DNA from: Candidatus Micrarchaeia archaeon | Lineage (GTDB): Archaea > Micrarchaeota > Micrarchaeia > Anstonellales > Anstonellaceae | Reading direction: 5' to 3' | Assembly: GCA_041659465.1 (NCBI GenBank) | Contig: JBAZYD010000002.1 | Span: 30,253 to 94,252, forward strand | Length of the DNA stretch: 64,000 bases | The notes under the pieces: generated by a model | What the model saw: the letters and a program-made list of their open reading frames with translations, nothing else | What the model was told of the DNA's origin: nothing | The model's database searches: none | In this document: piece by piece, positions 9,751-17,843 of the stretch | Numbering within the stretch: position 1 is the first letter of the stretch | Layout: every line of letters begins with the position of its first letter | Position numbers and translations under genes: made by a program

Positions 9751-9825
9751 TTATTGCTGGCCAAAATACGCCTTGAGCTTCGCGGTGGTGCGCCTTGGTC
9801 TTGGCGGCACCAGCCCTTTCCGCAT
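9751..9825 (-). pseudogene. diverged remnant of an scpB 3' end
   Basis: Translates to MRKGLVPPRPRRTTAKLKAYFGQQ*, versus the true ScpB C-terminus ...ERGFVTTKRAGRTRAVNTTAKFKAYFGQQ* (10953-). The first 40 nt from the stop match at 33 positions. Confidence 0.5.
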
Positions 9826-9831
9826 TGTTTC

Positions 9832-9937
9832 CCGAGATTGGAACCCTCATTTATGGAGCATTCACTCCAAAAAATATAAATTTGGTCGCATTTTTTGAGT
9901 AAATACTCTATTTTTTTGGAAAAATAATTAAATAAAA
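9832..9937. repeat. promoter/operator module, copy B (upstream of SWEET-like gene)
   Basis: Duplicate of 7341-7444, including palindrome TGGAGCATTCACTCCA (9854-9869), the TATA-like core, and similarity to the first ~20 nt of lrp. Confidence 0.7.
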
Positions 9938-9958
9938 CTGGAATTAGAGCAAAAAGAC

Positions 9959-10927
9959 ATGCAAAGAGGCCGCGAGCGTGAGCGCCAGGTGTTGTCCATG
10001 CGCCAAAAAACCATGCAAAAACTGATTGTGCCAGTTGCGTTAGCGGCTGCGCTCACATTCCATTCTCCCTTTATCCGTGCAGGGGAAGGGGCGAGGCTAA
10101 TCGAGGGCAAGGCGCCTATGGGGCTTGCGTCCCAGGAAGCGGCGCATCCGCGCGCGTGCAGCCGGCTTATTGGAAAAACTGCAGGCGTTTGCAAGCGCCA
10201 GCCAGCGCGGATGGGTGGGCGCGCGCTTGAGGTGAAAGCCGAGCCAGCCTTGCATGAGGATGGGGGCAAGGCTGGGGCGCCATGGTGGCTCTCAGCCCTT
10301 GCCAGCCTGTCTGCTCTTGTGAATTTGGGCCTGTTCTACGGAGGCACTGTCTGGAAGGTCTGGAAAACAAAGGGCACGGAGAGCTTTTCCAAGGCATCGC
10401 GAGTGTTAATCTCAGCCGGCGCCCTGCTCTGGGTCGGCTACGGAGTCTGCGTGAACGACTGGGCAGTCATTGCAATGACGGGTCTTGCACTTCCTGGCAG
10501 CATCTATCTGACATGCCTGAAACTGAAGAACAATGACAAGCCAAGGCCCATGGCGCCAAAGGAAAAGAGAATATCCGAGGTTACAACCGGTGCGGCAGTC
10601 CTGGCATTCACTTCGCTTGCAGCCATCGAGTTCCTCTTCGGCAACAGCAGCCTTGGCATTTTGGCCACTGCCCTGGGAGGGGTGGCTGTGATTCTGCGGA
10701 ACCTAAGCCCATGGGCCCAGGCAATCAAGACAATGCTTGACAAATCGACCAAGAACTTTAACTTCTGGGCAACTATACTGGACCCTCCTTCATCGGCAAT
10801 CTGGGTGGCTTATGGCTGGGCGCAGCATGAGATGCCAGTCATGATCTCAAACCTGCTGTCCCTTGCGGCAGGGGCTATTGTTGCAGGCATAATGCTGAAA
10901 AATCGGAAAAAGGACAGGGCAGCGTAG
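9959..10927 (+). CDS. 7-TM SWEET/PQ-loop-like transporter with N-terminal extension
   Basis: Two MtN3-like triple-helix units (VWKTKGTESFSKA...LWVGYG and LSPWAQAIKTMLDKSTKNF...IWVAYGW) joined by a linker TM. The ATG lies ~25 nt after the TATA-like core, so the mRNA may be leaderless. Confidence 0.6.
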   Translation: MQRGRERERQVLSMRQKTMQKLIVPVALAAALTFHSPFIRAGEGARLIEGKAPMGLASQEAAHPRACSRLIGKTAGVCKRQPARMGGRALEVKAEPALHEDGGKAGAPWWLSALASLSALVNLGLFYGGTVWKVWKTKGTESFSKASRVLISAGALLWVGYGVCVNDWAVIAMTGLALPGSIYLTCLKLKNNDKPRPMAPKEKRISEVTTGAAVLAFTSLAAIEFLFGNSSLGILATALGGVAVILRNLSPWAQAIKTMLDKSTKNFNFWATILDPPSSAIWVAYGWAQHEMPVMISNLLSLAAGAIVAGIMLKNRKKDRAA

Positions 10928-10952
10928 GGCAGCTCCGTTCCAGTCTGTTGCC

Positions 10953-11435
10953 TTACTGTTGTCCAAAGTAAGCCTTGAACTTTGCGGTGGTGTTGACTGC
11001 GCGCGTCCTTCCAGCGCGCTTGGTGGTGACAAACCCGCGCTCCACCAGCTCGTTCACGTCCTCATAAATTCCGCCGCCAAGCTTCAGGAAGAGCGCGTGC
11101 TTTGTTATCCCTTCGCTTTTTGCAATGTAAGCAAGTGTCTTTAGCGCGTGCGGCGAGATTTCAGATGCCGAGGCGAATGATTTCACGAAAGGCACGTACT
11201 GCTGGCGCACGCGCATGTAGAATTTCCCGTCCTCCTCAGCTATTTCCACTGCGCCGCCTTTCCCATTGTATGCATCCTGCACCGCGCGCACGCGCTGGCT
11301 GACAAAGCCAGGCGCGGCAACGCCGATGAGCTTTCCCAGCTCCTGCAATGAGAGCGGGCGGCTGGACATGAAAAGAGCCGCCTCGATGATGTGCTGTGCC
11401 TCGATGTCTTCCATAAAATCACTTCTTTTTTTCAT
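10953..11435 (-). CDS. scpB: segregation and condensation protein B
   Basis: IIEAALFMSSRPLSLQELGKLIG and two winged-helix repeats typical of ScpB. An alternative start is at MEDIEAQ. Confidence 0.85.
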   Translation of the reverse strand: MKKRSDFMEDIEAQHIIEAALFMSSRPLSLQELGKLIGVAAPGFVSQRVRAVQDAYNGKGGAVEIAEEDGKFYMRVRQQYVPFVKSFASASEISPHALKTLAYIAKSEGITKHALFLKLGGGIYEDVNELVERGFVTTKRAGRTRAVNTTAKFKAYFGQQ

Positions 11436-11799
11436 TGGTAAATATTTCTTGCAAGTTTTTTACTGATTGCGGAATTATGAGCAGCATCGCAGCAACATAT
11501 GTTGTGGTCAATATCATTCCATTTTCCGCTATTGAGGGTAAAATATCCAATCCCCATTTACAGCCTAGCGCGAATAGAGATATGGTGAGACTTTGCCAAT
11601 AAGTATTTTTCAAAAATATCTGCAAACTCCATGGCAAAAAGAACCCAATAAGCGCTATCACATACGCACCATTCAACGCAAGCTTAAGCATTCCGTTCGG
11701 TATGTAGTTATTAGTTCCAACCATCAATAGAAACAAAACAACTACTGCCCCGAGCAATTTGAGCTGTTGAACCATTGTTGCGTCCACCACGAGCATCAC
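11419..11799 (-). CDS. small 4-TM membrane protein, AT-rich
   Basis: Hydrophobic 126-aa ORF, visibly AT-richer than the flanking scpA/scpB. Its 3' end overlaps the scpB start by 17 nt. Confidence 0.5.
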   Translation of the reverse strand: MMLVVDATMVQQLKLLGAVVVLFLLMVGTNNYIPNGMLKLALNGAYVIALIGFFLPWSLQIFLKNTYWQSLTISLFALGCKWGLDILPSIAENGMILTTTYVAAMLLIIPQSVKNLQEIFTNEKKK

Positions 11800-11811
11800 C
11801 TATCTTTTCAT

Positions 11812-12789
11812 TCACGCCGTCTTTGCTTCAGCTACTTCCTTCACCCTTATGAATATTTCCCCGAACGTCTTTTCCTGGAAGATGGACACGCGCCTGTCCT
11901 GCACGAGGTGCAGCAGGGGGAGAAGGGTGGCAATCATTTCCACCGGCGTCCTCTCGTCAAGGAGCGCGGAGAATGTGGCTAGCCCTTCCGCGTCCTTCTC
12001 GCCCAATATCCTCTTATAGACCGTTTCCATCCTCTCCTCGATGTTGAACTCCGGCATCTGGATGTTTATCACTGTCGGAATCTCAATCCTGTGCGCCTTT
12101 TCCTCGCGCTTCTTCTGGTCGTCAAACACCTTTTCCATGGCGGAAAGCAGCTCGTCCAAAGTCACCATGCGCGTGGGCGGAATCCTTGCCTGAAGCTCAA
12201 GCACAGGTATCACGGATGCTTCCGCATCCTCCTCCACATAGGTCTGCTCCTCCACTACCTGCACTTCCTCCTCGAAGCGAAGCGCCTGGCTCTTGAAGCG
12301 CAAAAGTATGGCTGCCGCGAGTATGAGGTTTGCAGGCACGCGCAGGTCCAGCATCTCCATCTTCTTTATCTTTTCCAGGTAGCCCGTGGCTATCTCCACT
12401 ATGTCAATGTTCCACGGGTCGAGCTTTTTTGTCGCCACCAGGTCAAGCAGCATCTCGCGCCAGGTGGGAAGCGCCACTATCTTCTCAAGCTTCATGTCCT
12501 CTGGAAGCTCCGCAACCGCCGCGCGCCTCTCCTCCGAGTCGTCTATCTCGGCATCCTCGTCGTCGCCCGCGCGCTTGTGCGAGCGCTTGCCCTTCCCGCT
12601 TTCAGGCTGGGGCGTTGGCTTCCTTTTCGCAGATGGCGCCTGCTTTTTTTCCTCTTCTTCAGGATCGTCACCTGACCCTTCAGGTGACGAGTTGCGCCCG
12701 AGCGCATCCTCGCCATTGCCGAATTCTTCCCCTGCCTCAAGCTCGGAATCTTCCTTGGCGTCGCCCATGCGCAAAGTACGGAAGCACAT
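11812..12789 (-). CDS. scpA: segregation and condensation protein A (kleisin) with acidic N-terminal extension
   Basis: WNIDIVEIATGYLEKIKKMEMLDLRVPANLILAAAILLRFKS matches the ScpA N-terminal domain. A C-terminal winged helix is present. Confidence 0.85.
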   Translation of the reverse strand: MCFRTLRMGDAKEDSELEAGEEFGNGEDALGRNSSPEGSGDDPEEEEKKQAPSAKRKPTPQPESGKGKRSHKRAGDDEDAEIDDSEERRAAVAELPEDMKLEKIVALPTWREMLLDLVATKKLDPWNIDIVEIATGYLEKIKKMEMLDLRVPANLILAAAILLRFKSQALRFEEEVQVVEEQTYVEEDAEASVIPVLELQARIPPTRMVTLDELLSAMEKVFDDQKKREEKAHRIEIPTVINIQMPEFNIEERMETVYKRILGEKDAEGLATFSALLDERTPVEMIATLLPLLHLVQDRRVSIFQEKTFGEIFIRVKEVAEAKTA

Positions 12790-12924
12790 CTTTTATTAGT
12801 GTTGCCCAGCGGCAGCCGCCCAACAGCAGGGGATGCAGCAGCGCATTTCCATGCCCGCGCCCGCGCTGAGCGCCAGTAGTGAGGTTAAAAAGCTATTCTC
12901 CTCAATATCGCTTCGGTAATTCAC

Positions 12925-13416
12925 ATGCCAAAGGAAAAGTCAGTGGAAGAAATGACCGACGATGCAGTGCGCGAGGGCGGCTACCTTGCCATGGTGTACT
13001 TCGACCTCCACGGCACCACCGCGGAGGCGGTGAAAAACCTCATGGTGGGGTTCATCGGCAAGCTCACGCGCGAGCCCGGCGTCATATACGCTGTCGGCGA
13101 AATAGACCAGCCCATCGAGAAGGAAGGCATATTCTCTACCTGGGCGGAAGTGAAGTTGCTGGCATCCGATTTCCCCGCGCTTGTGAAAATCGCGGCGCAA
13201 TACTCGCCGATAGGCGTGGAGATACTCCGCCCTGACGAGGTGAAGATGACCTTGGGCGAGGCGCAGGGCTCATTGCTTGACATTTCGCAGACCAGCCAGA
13301 ACTTCACGCGGCTCATAATGGAGAAGATGCTCTCCGCTGACGAAAAAAAGGATTATGCCACCAAGCTGACCCAGCGCATGGAGCTTGGGAAGAAGCTGTT
13401 CGAGAAAAAGAGATAG
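12925..13416 (+). CDS. hypothetical protein
   Basis: 163-aa ORF with coding-like composition, directly upstream of the KaiC-like gene. No motif recognised. Confidence 0.5.
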   Translation: MPKEKSVEEMTDDAVREGGYLAMVYFDLHGTTAEAVKNLMVGFIGKLTREPGVIYAVGEIDQPIEKEGIFSTWAEVKLLASDFPALVKIAAQYSPIGVEILRPDEVKMTLGEAQGSLLDISQTSQNFTRLIMEKMLSADEKKDYATKLTQRMELGKKLFEKKR

Positions 13417-13426
13417 GGGCGGGAAA

Positions 13427-14152
13427 ATGGATGCTCACAAGGCAAAGTCCGGGATTCCAGGGCTTGATGCCATGCTGGGCGGCGGCTTCCTGAGGAACAG
13501 CGTGGTGGCTGTGGCTGGCGGCACAGGAAGCGGCAGGACCATATTCCTCTCGCAGTTCCTTGCGGCAGGCGCGGTTGATTTCGACGAGCCCGGGCTTTAC
13601 CTCTCGCTTGACGCGCAAAAGGAGTCGGTCTATTCAAGCGTAGCCGCCTTCGGCTGGGACATGATGGAGCTTGAGCGCGAGCAGAAGCTCGTCTTCATCG
13701 ACTACCCCCAAAACGAGCTTTCCGCAATCGCTGAGCAGGAAGGCGCGCTTCGCGACCTCATCGGCACGCTTGGCATCAGGCGCGTGGTGATAGATTCCAT
13801 CTCCCCGTACGCGCTCCTCTTTTCCACGCTTGAGGAGCGCAGGATGAACACATTGCGCTTCGTGAACGCGGTGCGCGGCTGGAAAGTGACCGCGCTCATC
13901 TCGGCGGAGACGGTGCCTGCCTCGGAGCAGGAAATCCCCCACACCATCTCCGGTGTGGAATCGTTTGCCGACGGCTTCATCCACCTCTCCTTCCTCAGAC
14001 GGGCGGGCAGGCGCGAGCGCGCGGTGGAAATCGTGAAGATGCGCGGCGCAAGCCACCTGCACGACATCGTCCCCGCGCAGATAACCCCCCACGGGTTCGT
14101 GGTGGGCGCAATCCCGGCGAAGAAGGCGAAAAAGGAGAGCGAGGACGAATAA
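13427..14152 (+). CDS. KaiC/RecA-superfamily ATPase-like protein (Walker A Lys replaced by Arg)
   Basis: GIPGLDAMLGGGF, P-loop AGGTGSGRT, Walker B RRVVIDSIS, and VEIVKMRG near the C-terminus. Confidence 0.75.
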   Translation: MDAHKAKSGIPGLDAMLGGGFLRNSVVAVAGGTGSGRTIFLSQFLAAGAVDFDEPGLYLSLDAQKESVYSSVAAFGWDMMELEREQKLVFIDYPQNELSAIAEQEGALRDLIGTLGIRRVVIDSISPYALLFSTLEERRMNTLRFVNAVRGWKVTALISAETVPASEQEIPHTISGVESFADGFIHLSFLRRAGRRERAVEIVKMRGASHLHDIVPAQITPHGFVVGAIPAKKAKKESEDE

Positions 14153-14169
14153 CTGGCAAGCAAAGGAGA

Positions 14170-15279
14170 ATGTTGACGATGAATAAGCCAACGATTGACC
14201 CCTGGGCGTCAGAGCAGCAGTTCGACATGGGCAAGCTCATTGAGGATTTTGGCATGTCGCCATTCACCACGTCGCTCTCAGAGAGGCTTCCTGGCTTCCT
14301 TCTTGCGAAAAGGGGCGGATTGCTTGCGCACCGCGAGCTGGACCTGTGGCTTTCCGACGCCGAGAAGGGAAAGCCTGTTGCTGCAATGTCTGGCATCAAG
14401 CCGTCATCCGAGTTCCATCTTGGCAGCAAGCTCACGGCGCAGGAGCTCATCTACTACCAAAAGCAGTTCGGCGCCAAAGTTTTCTATGCGATTGCCGACC
14501 TTGAGGCGTTTGCGGACAACGGCCTTTCGCTTGAGCAAAGCCACGAAACAGCCGTGTCAAACGTAGCAGACCTGCTCGCGCTGGGGCTTGACGAGAAAAA
14601 CGCGCACATCTATAAGCAAAGCCAGGAGCGGCGCGTGATGAATGCGGCATTCATCTACAGCAAGCGCGCCACGCCTGCAATGCTCAACGCGATTTACGGA
14701 GAGAGAAACTATTCGCTTTACTTTTCGGCACTCGTCCAGGTGGCCGACATACTCCTTCCCCAGCACAAGGACTTTGGCGGCGCCAAGCGCGTCCTGGTGC
14801 CTGTTGGCATTGACCAGGACCCTCACATACGCTTTGCGCGCGACATCGCCTTCAAGGAAAAGCTCGCCCTCTCATGCGCCACCTACCATGTCACCATGCG
14901 CGGCTTGAGGGGAGAGACGAAAATGAGCAAGCGCGATCCCGCTTCCACACTCTCGCTTTCAGACACGCCCGAGGCTGCAAAAAAGAAGCTCATGTCCGCC
15001 TTCACCGGCGGGCGCGCAACAGCTGAGGAGCAAAAAAGGCTTGGCGGCGAGATAGAAAAGGACGTGCTTTACGAGCTCGCGCGCTTCCACTTCATATCTG
15101 ACGATGCGCTTTTGGAGGAGATGAAGCAGGACATGGTGACCGGGCGCCTTCTTACTGGGGAATACAAGCAGAAGTACATTCCCTATATGCTTGCGTGGCT
15201 CAAGGCGCATCAGGAAAAGAAAAAGGAGATGCTGCCGAAAGCAAGGAAGATACTGGAAAAAGCGCACGCAGAAGGCTGA
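14170..15279 (+). CDS. trpS: tryptophanyl-tRNA synthetase (archaeal type)
   Basis: N-terminal DPW...KLIEDFG, degenerate HIGH (FHLG), KMSKRDP (KMSKS). Length fits archaeal TrpRS rather than TyrRS. The start may be the ATG at 14179. Confidence 0.8.
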   Translation: MLTMNKPTIDPWASEQQFDMGKLIEDFGMSPFTTSLSERLPGFLLAKRGGLLAHRELDLWLSDAEKGKPVAAMSGIKPSSEFHLGSKLTAQELIYYQKQFGAKVFYAIADLEAFADNGLSLEQSHETAVSNVADLLALGLDEKNAHIYKQSQERRVMNAAFIYSKRATPAMLNAIYGERNYSLYFSALVQVADILLPQHKDFGGAKRVLVPVGIDQDPHIRFARDIAFKEKLALSCATYHVTMRGLRGETKMSKRDPASTLSLSDTPEAAKKKLMSAFTGGRATAEEQKRLGGEIEKDVLYELARFHFISDDALLEEMKQDMVTGRLLTGEYKQKYIPYMLAWLKAHQEKKKEMLPKARKILEKAHAEG

Positions 15280-15344
15280 ACCGGTCCGCGCGCGAAAACT
15301 TCTGGAGAAGGCGCAGGCTGACTAGTTTTGAAGGAAAAAGAAAA

Positions 15345-15417
15345 GCAGGAAGAAAAAGGGAAAAAAAATAAAAAGCAGAAGAAAAAGAAAAAATAAAAGA
15401 CGGGCTTAGCCGCCCGT
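15345..15417 (-). terminator. hairpin plus long U/C tract after the S-layer-like gene
   Basis: On the minus strand, ACGGGC-GGCTAA-GCCCGT (15400-15417) is followed by CTTTTATTTTTTCTTTTTCTTCTGCTTTTTATTTTTTTT. Confidence 0.6.
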
Positions 15418-15431
15418 TACACAGGTATCAT

Positions 15432-17573
15432 TCACCTTTTCTTGCCCTCTTTGGCCGGCAGGGCTTCCTTCGCAGGCGCCGCCTCGTCCGATGGCGCGCT
15501 TTCCGTGCCGTCGCCTTCCATGCTGTCAATGGCGGTGATGGGCACAATCCCCACGTTTTGCATAACGCTTATGCCTGCATAGGTCACCGTGAACGCCGGC
15601 TGGCTGGAAAGGAAGTTGAACACCCCCATTCTCGGCGTCTTGTCCGCGAAGCCGTCGATGTTGTAGACCACCATCTCGCGCAGAGAGTCTGCAACCGTGC
15701 TTGAGCTTCCGCCAGTGTAGTCCCTGTTCTTCCACAGGAGCGACACCTTGAAGTTCCTGTCAGGGTCGCTCGTGGAGACAAGGTTGTACCTGTGGTTGTC
15801 CCTGAGGACAATCTCGTCCGAGTATATCCCTGTCTCTGCCCACCTTGCCACGGGCAAGGCGTCGTAGTTGGTCCTATAGGGGTGTATCTTCATGCTTGGG
15901 CCCCCCATCAGCGTGAACGTGTAGGTGTTGCCAGGGCAAATCTGTATCTGTCCAACCACCGCGTTGTTGCTGTCCAATAGGTCGTACACTGCGGGGTATT
16001 CGCCATATTCGCACCCTGGTGCATTCAGCACATCATGCAGGCGCACCGCGAGCGGTGAGCTGTAAAGCGTCTGGTTGATGCCGATGATGCCGTACAGCGT
16101 TTCCTTGGCAAGCCTTATCTGCCCGCCGTTTATTGCCTCTGTGCCGCTGGCAAGCGGCGCTGTGGGCGCGACCATTTCGGAAATTATCCACTGCTGGTTG
16201 AGGAAACGCACATTCAGCCTGTGCCTGTCGGAAAGCGAGTTCGTGCCATAAATCCCGACTGTGGAGTTGTTGGTGCAGGATGTATAGTCGCCAGGCACAT
16301 ATGGGTTGAGGTCGCCTGTGCACACAGGTATGCCAAAGTCATTGCCTTCGAACTTGGCGCTTGCCACCATTGCCGAGTATTTGTTCACAACTATGTCCTT
16401 CAGGCTTGCATCGTAGGCAACGCCTGCTGGCGTGGTGCCAACCCAGTATGCCTGCTTCTCAACATACGAGCCAAGGGATGATTGCTGGTCAATCACTGTG
16501 TAGTCCGCAAACGTCGCGTACTGTTCCGCGCCAATCCTGTACAGGTTCTTTGCAACCGGGCTGCCCTGCTGGACAGAGCGGAGGGGCGAGGTTATCTGCC
16601 CCACGTCAGAATCTGAAAGAAGCGACGGGTACTCGTCCTCGGGCTGCGTGTTGTGCCTGTTCTGCGTTATCCTGTCCACTGTGTCGGTTATCAATGTGCC
16701 AAAAGTGTGCGTGGGCCACGAGCTGCCAAGGGGCGGCATGGGCGGGGTTGCCGTCCTGAAAACGAATGTGGGCGTGGCAAGCTTGCTTGCAACAGATGCG
16801 CTTGCATCCGTTGTTCCAACAAAGAGCCAGCGCGAGCCGCGCTCGGTTATGAAAAGCGTATCAAAGGAATTGGGCGCGCCCTGGCCCACTCCAATGTAAT
16901 AAACAGCCGAAGCCCCTCCGGCCTGCTTGAACCTGTGCGTGCCGTAGCTTGCGTTGCCGGCAATCACAGGCACGAGCGTGCTTACAGGCGTGTTGCTGAC
17001 TGTGCCGGACTTGCCTGCGTCCTCCTTAAGAGCGATGTTCACGTTTGCGCCCGAAAGCGTCGGGTTCTGCGTTGTGGTCGTGAAATAGATGCTGCCCTGC
17101 GCAGCAGAGTTCTGCCCGGCAATGTCAAGCTTTATCGCATTTGAGATGCCAGTGTCGCCGTATGCGAAGTTGTCCCAGTTGAAGCAGTCCCTTCCGGGGG
17201 CTTTCCAGAACACGCGCGGCGCCCATTGCGCGACATTGGCGGATTGGTAATAAGTGCCGTTAAGCGAGGTGGAGCCGTTGCCTGTAAGCCCAATGGGGTC
17301 GAACAGGACCTTGGCAAAATAATAGTTCCCTGAAAGCGCGTCTCCGGGCCCTCCGAGGATAGGATTGTGGGATACAATCTGTATCATCTTTGCATTCTGG
17401 TATGAAAAGTCTCCGGACGAGGTGGCTGCGCACGCAACATCCCCTGCCTGGGTTGCAACGCGGTAAGTGTCTGCAGAAAGCGCGCTATATGTCAACGGGA
17501 CGACCGTATAAGGGCTTGCAAAGGCAAGCGTGAAAGCCAGCATTATCCCAAGCAGCAGTGCGTTATACCTCAT
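15432..17573 (-). CDS. large secreted surface protein, S-layer candidate
   Basis: Signal peptide MRYNALLLGIMLAFTLAFASP. 713 aa rich in T/S/N/G/Y with a charged C-terminal tail. Strong SD GGAGAGGTGG, a TATA box and a strong terminator. Confidence 0.55.
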   Translation of the reverse strand: MRYNALLLGIMLAFTLAFASPYTVVPLTYSALSADTYRVATQAGDVACAATSSGDFSYQNAKMIQIVSHNPILGGPGDALSGNYYFAKVLFDPIGLTGNGSTSLNGTYYQSANVAQWAPRVFWKAPGRDCFNWDNFAYGDTGISNAIKLDIAGQNSAAQGSIYFTTTTQNPTLSGANVNIALKEDAGKSGTVSNTPVSTLVPVIAGNASYGTHRFKQAGGASAVYYIGVGQGAPNSFDTLFITERGSRWLFVGTTDASASVASKLATPTFVFRTATPPMPPLGSSWPTHTFGTLITDTVDRITQNRHNTQPEDEYPSLLSDSDVGQITSPLRSVQQGSPVAKNLYRIGAEQYATFADYTVIDQQSSLGSYVEKQAYWVGTTPAGVAYDASLKDIVVNKYSAMVASAKFEGNDFGIPVCTGDLNPYVPGDYTSCTNNSTVGIYGTNSLSDRHRLNVRFLNQQWIISEMVAPTAPLASGTEAINGGQIRLAKETLYGIIGINQTLYSSPLAVRLHDVLNAPGCEYGEYPAVYDLLDSNNAVVGQIQICPGNTYTFTLMGGPSMKIHPYRTNYDALPVARWAETGIYSDEIVLRDNHRYNLVSTSDPDRNFKVSLLWKNRDYTGGSSSTVADSLREMVVYNIDGFADKTPRMGVFNFLSSQPAFTVTYAGISVMQNVGIVPITAIDSMEGDGTESAPSDEAAPAKEALPAKEGKKR

Positions 17574-17610
17574 ATTTCCACCTCTCCTCTTTTTTCTTGA
17601 CCGAACACTT

Positions 17611-17653
17611 TTTATATATAGTGGTTAATCCTGTTTTCACCATTTGTGAAAAC
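17611..17653 (-). promoter_or_regulatory. TATA box and upstream inverted repeat of the S-layer-like gene
   Basis: TATATATAAA (minus strand, 17611-17620) lies ~40 nt before the ATG. GTTTTCAC-N5-GTGAAAAC spans 17633-17653. Confidence 0.4.
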
Positions 17654-17843
17654 ATGCGTTCCACAATACACTTTGCTGATGCGAGCCTTGCTTAAAAGGA
17701 AGCCCCGGCTCACGCCCGGGACGGATATATAAAGCTTTTGTGGTGCGATGTGGCTTTCACGACGTAAAAACAAGAAGCCACGCTTTGCTGCATATTATGC
17801 TTCCTGGAACATATAATTGCGCACGTTTTTGTTCGGCGCAATA

